A stretch of DNA of 64,000 nt from a bacterium (GTDB lineage: Bacteria; Arandabacterota; Arandabacteria; Arandabacterales; Arandabacteraceae): the NCBI GenBank assembly GCA_029933125.1, contig JAOZOU010000001.1:392702-456701 (forward strand), read 5' to 3'. Shown here piece after piece: positions 28,899-37,882 of the stretch; positions within the stretch are counted from its first letter, which is position 1, and each line of letters opens with the position of its first letter. The position numbers were made by a program, and so were the translations under genes. Under the pieces are notes generated by a model, which did not search any database, was not told the DNA's origin, and saw only the letters and a list, made by a program, of their open reading frames with translations.

Positions 28899-31232
28899 GT
28901 GAAAACCGGATTTCGTTGCGCGCTCATTGGGCTATTTTTCTTTCTGAGTTTTTCGAACATATCGCTAAGTGCCCCTCTTGGTGATACCCTAACAGTCATC
29001 CAGAGACCAATCCTCAATATCCCTGCCATTGTAAGACCAGGTGATACCTTGAAGATTGAATGTGAGGCTGCAGGTGGTGCAGGTGGATGGGCGGCAGCCC
29101 TGGCTAGAGGCAGCGTGACTATTCCCCTGCCAATTATTGAATCCTCTTACGATGCTTCAACTCTGTGGTGGGAAATAGATGCCCTTGTACCAGATGTTCG
29201 CACATATGAACTTTACGATCTCATTGTGAGGTCTACCTCTCTGGTAGATACTGCTCGCCATGCTGTCAAGATTATACCTGAGTTCAAGACTGACTACTAT
29301 TTCATCCACATCACCGATACCCATCTGCCCACCCACCTTTATTACTTCGAGAACGGTGCAGCAACAGATACTTCGGAGATAGCAGACCTTAGAGAGGTCA
29401 TCAAGGATATCAATATCATCAATCCCGAATTTGTGCTCATAACTGGTGATCTAGTCAATGAGGGTGAGCTAGAAGATTATCTTTCGAGGAGGTATTTCAG
29501 TCGTGCTCAGCATCTCCTTCAGGAATTCCAATTACCCATATACCTCACATCTGGCAACCATGATATTGGGGGTTGGGGCGCCACCCCACCCCCTGATGGT
29601 ACAGCTCGCAAGAACTGGTGGAAATTCTTCGGCTGGAAGCGGCTTAACAATCCTCCCCAAGGCGCACCTTATTACACTCAGGATTATACATTCAACTATG
29701 GCAAGGTTCACTATGTCGGACTCGAAGCTTATATCAACTATGATGGCTGGCGGAGCCAGATATACGGAAGCCAAAGCTTCACAACAGGACAGATGCAATG
29801 GCTGGTTGCTGATCTTTCCCAATCTTCTGCCCCAACCAAGGTTCTCTTCTATCACCGCGACTTTTCCCACCAGATAAATCTGAGTCGTCTTGGAGCTGAC
29901 ATGGCCCTATCTGGTCACATCCATCGTGATGTGGATGATTTCACTCCTCCATATGACATTGCCACCAACAATGTCTGCGATGGTGAAAGATCCTATCGCT
30001 TGATAAGGGTTTCAGATGGCGAGCTCCAACCAGCGCGTACCATCTCAGCCGGCACTGATGGCCGCAATCTTGATGTGAGATACGAGCCATCCAATGACGG
30101 GAGCAACTATGTTGTCACCGCCCTTATAAGCAATAGATTCAATCAACGTTTTGAGAATGCGATGCTGCGATTTTCTATGCCTAATGAAGGCGGTATCAAG
30201 ACTGTCGAGGGGGGCGATCTCTTCCAAATAGAAACAAATGGTGAATATGCCACCTGGTATGTTAATGTTGACATCCATCCAACCTCCGAACAGAAAGTGA
30301 TTGCAAGGCTCGATGTAGTTCCGTCAACTCCACCAAGTGTGACTGTGGTTCAGCCAAACGGTGGCGAGCAGTGGAGTGTCGGCTCAAGGCATGAGATCGT
30401 GTGGAATGCTGAGGATGATCAAGGGATTGAGTCGCTTGACATCCTACTCTCAGGCGATGGTGGGCTTTCATTTGCTGATACGATCGCATCTGGGCAACCT
30501 GACAGTGGCTCCTTTCTCTGGACCGTTTCTCCACTTTCCACATCGCAAGCACGCATAAAGATCGTCGCTCATGATGTAGAAGGGAAAACAGGAGAGGACA
30601 TTAGCGACAATAACTTTTCAATACTTGATATTACACCTCCCGCAGTTACGCTTTATGAGCCCCAGGGTGGTGAGATCTGGGCAATTGATTCCATATATAC
30701 CATAACCTGGTCCGCAAGCGATGACGTAGATGTGACAGCAATTACGATCCTTCTTTCGCGAGATGGCGCTCTGAGTTTTCCCGAAACGTTGGTAACCAAT
30801 GAGACCAACGATGGCACTTATGACTGGAAGGTTTGTGGCGAGCCGACCCGACATGCAAGGGTGATGATAATCGCCTCCGATGAAAGCGGAAATGCTTCGA
30901 GTGATATGAGCTTGAGTGACTTTGAGATCTATGATTCTTCCGCGCCAGGTTCCGAGATCCCTTCTGGGGTTATCATAAGGGCGAGCGCGCCTAATCCCTT
31001 TGATCAGACACTCGTCATCGACTTTGGAATACCAAGTGATGGACAAGTTGATATATCACTCCTTGATGTTAGAGGAAGAAGGGTTTCTCGAGTTGTTGAG
31101 AGAACCTACACTGCGGGATATCACAGGATCGTCTGGACACCTCAAGGTAATCTTAAGCCGGGCATCTATTGGCTTGTTGTTGAGATGGGAGATAGGGTAG
31201 CAGCCTGTAAGATCGTTCGCCTTAGAACTTAA
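28899..31232 (+). CDS. Secreted calcineurin-like metallophosphoesterase with two Ig-like repeats and a C-terminal sorting-type domain
   Basis: Signal peptide; DTH, GDLVN, GNHD, GHIH; PNPF..LLDVRGR..PGIY C-terminus. Confidence 0.88.
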   Translation: MKTGFRCALIGLFFFLSFSNISLSAPLGDTLTVIQRPILNIPAIVRPGDTLKIECEAAGGAGGWAAALARGSVTIPLPIIESSYDASTLWWEIDALVPDVRTYELYDLIVRSTSLVDTARHAVKIIPEFKTDYYFIHITDTHLPTHLYYFENGAATDTSEIADLREVIKDINIINPEFVLITGDLVNEGELEDYLSRRYFSRAQHLLQEFQLPIYLTSGNHDIGGWGATPPPDGTARKNWWKFFGWKRLNNPPQGAPYYTQDYTFNYGKVHYVGLEAYINYDGWRSQIYGSQSFTTGQMQWLVADLSQSSAPTKVLFYHRDFSHQINLSRLGADMALSGHIHRDVDDFTPPYDIATNNVCDGERSYRLIRVSDGELQPARTISAGTDGRNLDVRYEPSNDGSNYVVTALISNRFNQRFENAMLRFSMPNEGGIKTVEGGDLFQIETNGEYATWYVNVDIHPTSEQKVIARLDVVPSTPPSVTVVQPNGGEQWSVGSRHEIVWNAEDDQGIESLDILLSGDGGLSFADTIASGQPDSGSFLWTVSPLSTSQARIKIVAHDVEGKTGEDISDNNFSILDITPPAVTLYEPQGGEIWAIDSIYTITWSASDDVDVTAITILLSRDGALSFPETLVTNETNDGTYDWKVCGEPTRHARVMIIASDESGNASSDMSLSDFEIYDSSAPGSEIPSGVIIRASAPNPFDQTLVIDFGIPSDGQVDISLLDVRGRRVSRVVERTYTAGYHRIVWTPQGNLKPGIYWLVVEMGDRVAACKIVRLRT
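30330..30935 (+). repeat. Intragenic tandem duplication of a 102-aa Ig-like module
   Basis: PPSVTVVQPNGGEQW..ILLSGDGGLSF versus PPAVTLYEPQGGEIW..ILLSRDGALSF; period 306 nt. Confidence 0.85.
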
Positions 31233-31252
31233 GCAAATGGGGATTCAGAGGA

Positions 31253-31849
31253 ATGTCTAAAACAGAATCAGGAGTAATCTGCATCCTTGGAAGCCCGAGG
31301 CGAGAGGGCAACACTGACAGACTTGCAAGCGAATTCCTGAAGGGTGTGGAAAGCAAGGGCTATCACTCAAGAGTGATAATCCCGACCGAGCTCGATATAA
31401 GTTGGTGTGACGGCTCCAATCAGTGCTTCCGTGATGGGCTATGCATCATTCGTGATGGAATGAATGAGATCTATGAGGAAATCCTAGAGGCGTCGCATCT
31501 CGTAATTGCGACACCTGTTTACTTCATGGGTCCACCTGGATCACTTAAATCCTTTATCGACCGCTTCCAGGCTGTCTGGGCACGTACAGCGATTCTAAAG
31601 ACCTTTGATCCAGATGATGAGCTCTGGCGCTCGAAACACAAAGCCTTTGTCATCATTGCAGCTGCATCTGAAAAGCCAAATATGATTCGTCCTACGAGGA
31701 GCATTTTGAAAGCCTTTCTCAACATAATAGGTTTCACCTACGCTGGGGAGCTCATAGCAACTGGCCTCGACCGAAGAGGCGATGTTCTGATTCGCGAGGA
31801 TCTCCTCAAGAAGGCTTATGAGGCTGGCTCTTGCTTTGTAGGATCATAG
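31253..31849 (+). CDS. Flavodoxin-fold FMN reductase / iron-sulfur flavoprotein-like protein
   Basis: GSPRREGNT, C-x2-S-x2-C-x5-C, TPVYF, LKSFIDR. Confidence 0.88.
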   Translation: MSKTESGVICILGSPRREGNTDRLASEFLKGVESKGYHSRVIIPTELDISWCDGSNQCFRDGLCIIRDGMNEIYEEILEASHLVIATPVYFMGPPGSLKSFIDRFQAVWARTAILKTFDPDDELWRSKHKAFVIIAAASEKPNMIRPTRSILKAFLNIIGFTYAGELIATGLDRRGDVLIREDLLKKAYEAGSCFVGS

Positions 31850-31906
31850 CTAAGAAGTTCACCAGATTTTGAAAGCCTTAGTGCACAAGCACATTCCTGG
31901 GACTTC

Positions 31907-33058
31907 CTACTTAAGCATCTCCGCAGGACGTGTAAAGTCCCTGTAGAGGCTAAAGCTTGAGAAGATATCCTGCGCTATGATTGGCTTGCCGGTTGTCATG
32001 AGGCTAACAATATTCCTGGCGATGCCAGGTCCCAACATGAGCCCCTGTCCACAGAAGCCAACCGCAACAAAGAGGGTTTCACTCCCCTCAAGGCGATCAA
32101 CTATAGGCACGCCATCTGGTGTCATCGGGTAAAGACCACGCCATGTGCGTCTTACCCTGATATTTCTCAATCTTGGGAAGAGGCGAATCAGGCGCCTTGC
32201 TGCCTGAGGTAGAAACCCAGAAGTTGCATTGCGACTGAAGCCGGGTATGATGGGATCTGGTGTGAGGCAAAAAACAATGTGCCCGCCTTGCTCCTGATAG
32301 AAATAGAAATTCTTTGAGCCCGGGAATCTTCTCATATCAACAACGAGAGGCTTGAAGAAAGTTTGCACAGGTTCGGTGACACCACCCTCGTGGCAGTCAG
32401 GTTCGACGGGAAGATCAACGCCCATGAGTTTGCCAACCCGGTATGCATTAGCGCCAGCAGCATTAAGAACCTTCCCGGTTGAATATGAACCCTTGGTGGT
32501 GACAACATCAACTGACTTACCCCTATCCTTTATTCCTACAACCTTCTCACCAAATGCAAACTCGACGCCAATCTTCAACGCCTGGCGATAGAATGCTCGG
32601 TTGGCAAGTAAGGGTGAGACATTTCCATCCTCGGGTGAATAGGTACCACCGCGTAGACCATTTCCATCAAGTCCTGGCAGAAGTTTGAGGATTTCATGGC
32701 AATCCAGCCAGTCGATGTTCAACCCGTAGCGCTTCTGGACCTTTAGAAGTTCCTTGAGACTGTTCTCATCGTCCTCGTCATAGACAGGAAAGCAATAGCC
32801 ACCCCTCTGGAAATGGATATCATCGCCATAGGTCTCCTTCCAGGTGCTGAAGATTTCGAGACTGAGCTGGCAAACCTGGATCTTGGCAGGGTCCGAATGA
32901 GTTGCCCTTACCCCACCAATTGCGCTCTTATTCTGGCCCTGGCCAGGCGAAACAAGTTCATCTACGACAAGGACTCGGAGTCCCTCCTTACCAAGAAAAA
33001 AGGCGGTTGGCAGACCCACGCTACCAGCTCCAATAACCACTACATCGTAAGATGCCAT
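31907..33058 (-). CDS. FAD-dependent oxidoreductase, proline dehydrogenase/sarcosine oxidase beta-like
   Basis: VIGAGSVG, W.GLY.MTPDG.PI, GFCGQGLMLGP. Confidence 0.88.
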   Translation of the reverse strand: MASYDVVVIGAGSVGLPTAFFLGKEGLRVLVVDELVSPGQGQNKSAIGGVRATHSDPAKIQVCQLSLEIFSTWKETYGDDIHFQRGGYCFPVYDEDDENSLKELLKVQKRYGLNIDWLDCHEILKLLPGLDGNGLRGGTYSPEDGNVSPLLANRAFYRQALKIGVEFAFGEKVVGIKDRGKSVDVVTTKGSYSTGKVLNAAGANAYRVGKLMGVDLPVEPDCHEGGVTEPVQTFFKPLVVDMRRFPGSKNFYFYQEQGGHIVFCLTPDPIIPGFSRNATSGFLPQAARRLIRLFPRLRNIRVRRTWRGLYPMTPDGVPIVDRLEGSETLFVAVGFCGQGLMLGPGIARNIVSLMTTGKPIIAQDIFSSFSLYRDFTRPAEMLK

Positions 33059-33063
33059 CTCGT

Positions 33064-35148
33064 TTACTTATTTCCTTCCTTATCCGCTCCTCGTTGCTCG
33101 GAGACTTCACCTGCAAGCACACGAAGCGTGACCTCCGCAACAAGTGGACGCTTGGTGAAGCGTACAACCTCTTCCGTATTAATTCCCTCCTCCTGGAATA
33201 GCTGGAGTATGAGCGGCTCACATGTTTTCCCACCACATGCCCCCATGCCACACCTCAGCACCTTAAGCTGGTTGAGATCCCTCACGCCAGATCTTATCAA
33301 TTGACGTATCTCGCCAGCCGTCACACGCTCGCACCTGCAAACGATGTAATCATCATCTCCCAGGGTCTTCTCTGATCGCCTTGCATCAAAAGACTCCTGG
33401 AGCCGCAATCCCGCAATGCGAATAGCCTCATCAGGTCGGACTCTCAGCTTCACAAGCTTTGTGCGGTCATAAACCTTCCTTTCCAGGATGTCCTCAATGC
33501 TTGCCTTGCAGACAAAGTTGCCATCGATATCAACTGCCTCGACTGTTCCACCCACCTTGACCCGCTCATCATTCACCTCAAGGGGGACGGTGACATAGGC
33601 TTGGTCATCATTGCGAAGGTCAACCAGTGTGATGGCAAGCCCTGGGCAGGCTGCAACACAAAGTGTGCAGCCCGTGCATTCATCTTTTACAACCTGGGGG
33701 ATACCAAGTACTGGATCTCCCTTCATCTCGATCATGTTCTTGGGACAAACGTGGATACAGGGATCGCACGGAATCTCCTGGATACACCTTATGATGGGAA
33801 AGAGCTTCGATGGCGGAATAGTGACATCGAGGCTAGTTGTCTTTCCAGGCTTGCTTTTAAGAATATTGAGCCGTACTTGCCAATCACCGGGTATATCGCA
33901 AGCCTTACCGAGACTCCTCGCAATCTCTCTTCCAGCAATTCTGCCTGAGAAGATTGCAGCTGATGCTTCAGCAATCTCAAGAGCATCACCTGCACAGTAG
34001 GCTTTCATACCAAATGATCTTGCCTGCTCATAGAGCTCACTAATCGGATTGAGCCCGACAGCAACCAGCACTGTATCAGCCTCAAAGGTTCGCTCCGTGC
34101 CATCGATGGGTCGGAAGCGTTTATCCACCTTAGCGATTGTCACCGATTCAACCCTGTCAGTGCCGTCCACCCTCTTGATCGTATGTGAAGTCCAGACGGG
34201 CACTCCAAGGCGCTTTATCTTGTCCTGATGCACCTTGTAGCCTCCAACTTGCGGCATGGCTTCAACCAGTCCAACGACATTTATGCCAGCCTGAATTGCA
34301 TGGTAGGCAGCTATGAGACCTACGTTGCCCCCACCAACTACAAACAGCCTATGAGCTGCTTTGACGAGATCTCGGTTGACAAGAGTCTGGAAGGCACCAG
34401 CACCATAGACGCCTGGGAGATCACATCCCGGGAAGGCAAGTGCACGCTCACGAGCACCAGCAGCCACCAGGAGACGTTTAGGTTTTATGAGAAGATACTT
34501 CTCGCCACTTACAATTCCTATTTTGCGATCCTCAAAGCAGCCAACAGCAGTCGAGTTAAGCATAACTCTGATGTTGGGGAATTTGCTCACCTCATCACTT
34601 AGTTTCTTTGCAATATCGATCCCGCGAGTTCCTGCATAACAATCAGCAACTGTACCAAAGAAGGAATGGGTTTGGAGAACAAGCTTGCCTCCGAGAATGT
34701 GCTTGTCATCAACTATGATTACATCAATCCCGTAAGCTGCCAGCTCTAAGGAAGCAGTTATTCCCGAGGGTCCACCGCCTATTATGAGCACATCTGTCCC
34801 AAGTGTTTCGATCTCCTCGAAGTGCTCAGGGGGTCTGTCATCGGGGGGGAGCTCCGGCAACTCATCACAGGGAACGATATGCATACCTGGCTTCACCTGT
34901 GTCATGCAACCCTTCACAGGAATCCCATCAGCAATGACCATACATTGAGCACATTGACCATTTGCACAGAAAAGTCCCTGAGGGCTGCCATCCTTGACAT
35001 GATGACCAAATATCTTTATGCCATTGGCAAAAAGAGCCGATGTGATGACCTCACCCTGCCTGGCAAGGAGCTCCTTCCCCTTGAAATAGAAACGTACCTT
35101 AGGCTTGTCCTCAACCTCAAGGATAGGATGTCTCTCTATTCGATCCAT
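33064..35148 (-). CDS. Fused 2Fe-2S / FAD / 4Fe-4S / BFD-like oxidoreductase (proline dehydrogenase alpha-like)
   Basis: FCANGQCAQC, IGGGPSG, GGGNVG, CDPC..CP, CTGCTLCVAACP, CRCE..CGMGACGGKTC. Confidence 0.88.
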   Translation of the reverse strand: MDRIERHPILEVEDKPKVRFYFKGKELLARQGEVITSALFANGIKIFGHHVKDGSPQGLFCANGQCAQCMVIADGIPVKGCMTQVKPGMHIVPCDELPELPPDDRPPEHFEEIETLGTDVLIIGGGPSGITASLELAAYGIDVIIVDDKHILGGKLVLQTHSFFGTVADCYAGTRGIDIAKKLSDEVSKFPNIRVMLNSTAVGCFEDRKIGIVSGEKYLLIKPKRLLVAAGARERALAFPGCDLPGVYGAGAFQTLVNRDLVKAAHRLFVVGGGNVGLIAAYHAIQAGINVVGLVEAMPQVGGYKVHQDKIKRLGVPVWTSHTIKRVDGTDRVESVTIAKVDKRFRPIDGTERTFEADTVLVAVGLNPISELYEQARSFGMKAYCAGDALEIAEASAAIFSGRIAGREIARSLGKACDIPGDWQVRLNILKSKPGKTTSLDVTIPPSKLFPIIRCIQEIPCDPCIHVCPKNMIEMKGDPVLGIPQVVKDECTGCTLCVAACPGLAITLVDLRNDDQAYVTVPLEVNDERVKVGGTVEAVDIDGNFVCKASIEDILERKVYDRTKLVKLRVRPDEAIRIAGLRLQESFDARRSEKTLGDDDYIVCRCERVTAGEIRQLIRSGVRDLNQLKVLRCGMGACGGKTCEPLILQLFQEEGINTEEVVRFTKRPLVAEVTLRVLAGEVSEQRGADKEGNK

Positions 35149-35346
35149 CGCTATGGCTGCCTTCCCATATCAATCAGCCATCGAGTAACTGCCTATGTTC
35201 AATGGCGTTAGCATACATCCAGATATCCTTGTGATGATAACATTGAAGCAGGCGATAGTCAAAACTCATAAAATTCCCATTGCGGGCAAATGTTACCCTG
35301 GATTCGCCATCCTGCTTGTGAGCTTGAAACACACGACAGGCAAGAA

Positions 35347-35375
35347 TTGACACAGCCATGAGCGAGTGATAAACT
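35347..35375 (+). promoter_or_regulatory. Sigma-70 promoter
   Basis: TTGACA-N17-TAAACT with extended TG, about 47 bp upstream of ATG 35423. Confidence 0.75.
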
Positions 35376-35422
35376 CACCGAGTTCTTTGTGAAGAATATG
35401 GCGCTCATCTGGAGAAGAGCTC

Positions 35423-36544
35423 ATGAAACTATTCTTCCACCATATTGCAATTGGGTTTTGTGTTATCATCACTTCCGGGATATGTTTTGGCGCAGCCTCA
35501 ATAACCTCCGTCACGGCAATTGATACCCCAGACGATGCTGGTGAGAGCATTATGCTTGAGTGGGAGGCGACGGGGGAGAGCCCCATAATCATAACGCGGG
35601 CGCCTAAGCCTGAAGGCCCCTTCGAAGTGATCGGTAAAGGACTGGCATCTGATGGTCATTACACTGACAATGGCGTAGAGGATGGGAAACCCTATTACTA
35701 CCGCATTGGAATTGTCACTGATCACGATACGACTTATACCACCGCAGCAGGGCCTGCCATATCCAAAAGTAACTGGTTTCGTAAGCATCGCCTCAATGCT
35801 CTGATCCTCACAATCCTAATGTTCGCACTTCTTGTCTACTTCATTGAGGCAGCGAAGAAGGGTAAGAACCTTTACATAAGGCGCATAGCAGGACTGAGTG
35901 CGCTTGAGGAGGCAATAGGCAGAGCAACTGAGATGGGAAAGAAGATTCTCTATATTCCTGGTATCCTAAGTATCAGTGAGATTCAGACAATTGCAAGCCT
36001 TTCCATCTTGGGATACGTGGCCAAACTCACTGCTACCTATGGTGCTAACATGGAAGTCCCCAACATCGATCCCCTCACATATTCGGCTGCCCGTGAGACA
36101 GTGAAGCAATCCTATATGGAAGCAGGTAAGCCTGATAAGTTCAGGGATGATATGGTCACATACATTACCTATGATCAGTTTGCTTATGCAGCTGCGGTTA
36201 CCGGTAAGATGGTAAGAGAGAGGCCTGCTGCTCACTTCTTCATAGGTTCCTTCTATGCTGAATCCCTGATTCTTGCTGAAACTGGCTACAGTACTGGCGC
36301 TATCCAGATTGCCGGCACAGCCGATCTTGCCCAGCTTCCCTTCTTCGTTACAACGTGCGATTACACTTTGATCGGTGAGGAACTCTATGCAGCAAGCGCT
36401 TACCTTTCACGTGAACCAGTGCTCCTCGGTAGCATAAAGGCGCAGGATATCATCAAGGCCATTCTTATGATGGTGATTGGCGCTGGAATCATAAGTTTCG
36501 CCTTTGGATCTGAGTTCATACGCAATCTTCTCCTCACAAAATAA
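35423..36544 (+). CDS. Membrane protein with FN3-like domain and DUF6754-like domain
   Basis: Signal peptide, DTPDDAG..YYYRI, TM helix, IRRIAGL.A.EEAIGRATEMG, QLPFF...CDYTLIGEELYAASAYL. Confidence 0.8.
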   Translation: MKLFFHHIAIGFCVIITSGICFGAASITSVTAIDTPDDAGESIMLEWEATGESPIIITRAPKPEGPFEVIGKGLASDGHYTDNGVEDGKPYYYRIGIVTDHDTTYTTAAGPAISKSNWFRKHRLNALILTILMFALLVYFIEAAKKGKNLYIRRIAGLSALEEAIGRATEMGKKILYIPGILSISEIQTIASLSILGYVAKLTATYGANMEVPNIDPLTYSAARETVKQSYMEAGKPDKFRDDMVTYITYDQFAYAAAVTGKMVRERPAAHFFIGSFYAESLILAETGYSTGAIQIAGTADLAQLPFFVTTCDYTLIGEELYAASAYLSREPVLLGSIKAQDIIKAILMMVIGAGIISFAFGSEFIRNLLLTK

Positions 36545-36563
36545 GAAACGCCAGCCTTGCGTA

Positions 36564-36770
36564 TCACTCTGTTCCCGTGCTTTTCCCCTGCAATGCTGGC
36601 CATTCAGCGAATGCGAGGTAAAAGATCATGACAAGATTAACAATTGGTAGGACCATGAGAAGTGAAAGCGCTCCAGGGAATCCAGCCTTGCTGAAGATAC
36701 GCCAGAATGGTAAGACCACAATAAGCGCTATCAGAATCATCGACAAGAGTATGCTGCCTGCAGTCACCAT
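36564..36770 (-). CDS. Small membrane protein (two or three TM helices)
   Basis: PFWRIFSKAGFPG.LSLL..LP.VNL....LAFAEWP; GGAGG RBS. Confidence 0.8.
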   Translation of the reverse strand: MVTAGSILLSMILIALIVVLPFWRIFSKAGFPGALSLLMVLPIVNLVMIFYLAFAEWPALQGKSTGTE

Positions 36771-36892
36771 CTTCGCCCTCCTTTGCAGAAACGATTAGCG
36801 CGGCACCCAATGTGGGCAATATGTTTCTCATACTGCTATTTAGCTCCACAATACCGCCGGGAGATCTGAGAAACTCCTGATGAGTGTGTAGC

Positions 36893-37594
36893 CTAAGGTT
36901 TCCACACCTCCCAGACTTTGCCAACAAGCCCTGGTCCAGGCTTCAGAGTAACCTGCCCGACCTGCCACCCCGATGGTGTCACCTCGCCTGTGTTCCGCAC
37001 ATGCTGAAATGCCTTTATCTGACGAATGAGCTCATCAGGATTACGGCCCACCTCCGGTGTCAGGACTTCCATTGCACGAATCACAAAATCGGGATCGATT
37101 ATGAAACGCCCTCTGATATCAACACCAGCCGCTTCATCATAAACACCATAGATTGCTCCAATCCTGCCGCCGGCATCCGAAAGCATGGGGAAGGGAACAC
37201 CACCCTCAACCATCTTTGAAAGCTCCTGCTCCTGCCAGATCTTATGAACGAAACGGCTATCGGTACTCATTGAGAGCACTTCAACTCCCATTGCCTTAAG
37301 CTCCTGATAGCGGGCAGCGACCGCTGCCAATTCTGTCGGTCAGACAAATGTGAAGTCACCAGGATAGAAGCAAAGCACAATCCATTGACCCTTGTAGTCG
37401 GATAGTTTTACTGGCTTGAATCCATAGTCTCTTACAAATGCGGTAGCTTCAAAATCAGGAGCTGGTTTGCCAACTCTTGCAATCATCCCGACTCCTCCTG
37501 AAAGCTTTCTTCCCCCGTATGCCTCTCCCGCTTCTTCCTCAGGGAGCAGCGGACCCCTTGCAGGCTGGACACATCCATCCTTAAGCTCTGCCAT
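36893..37594 (-). CDS. prxU: Selenocysteine-containing AhpC-family peroxiredoxin (PrxU-like); UGA at 37340-37342 read as Sec
   Basis: Two in-frame ORFs join as [16 protein letters not shown], with TGA at the peroxidatic Cys position of the FTFVCPTE motif. A SECIS-like hairpin follows. Confidence 0.93.
37313..37328 (-). promoter_or_regulatory. Bacterial SECIS-like hairpin
   Basis: GGCAGC-GGUC-GCUGCC beginning 11 nt after the UGA. Confidence 0.8.
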
Positions 37595-37827
37595 AGCCAC
37601 CTCCTCGTTTAAGAGCGACCTATTCTCGAAATGACACCTTTGGCTAATCTTGAATCCGTAACAATCCTGTCAACTTTCTCCTTATAGCTCAAACCAAAAC
37701 CTCGTAAAGGTCAATCGGATTTTTGGCAATCGCAATATCGCTGGGCCCAAGGGTAGGATGCCAACATGCGGATATACTTACCAAGGGAAAGATCCTAGCC
37801 CTGCATGAAGAACTGCTAACCCTCTTC

Positions 37828-37850
37828 GAAGGCTCCGTCAAGGAGCCTTC
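37828..37850. terminator. Hairpin downstream of the aminopeptidase gene (possible terminator)
   Basis: GAAGGCTCC-GTCAA-GGAGCCTTC, a perfect 9-bp stem with no clear U-tract. Confidence 0.4.
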
Positions 37851-37882
37851 CTTCGGCAAGATGCCTTATCCTAGGCCAAACC

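Noticed and set aside
28460..28902. Short ORFs 28460-28699, 28491-28718 and 28669-28902
   Set aside because: No RBS or recognisable motifs; the region is better explained as regulatory DNA.
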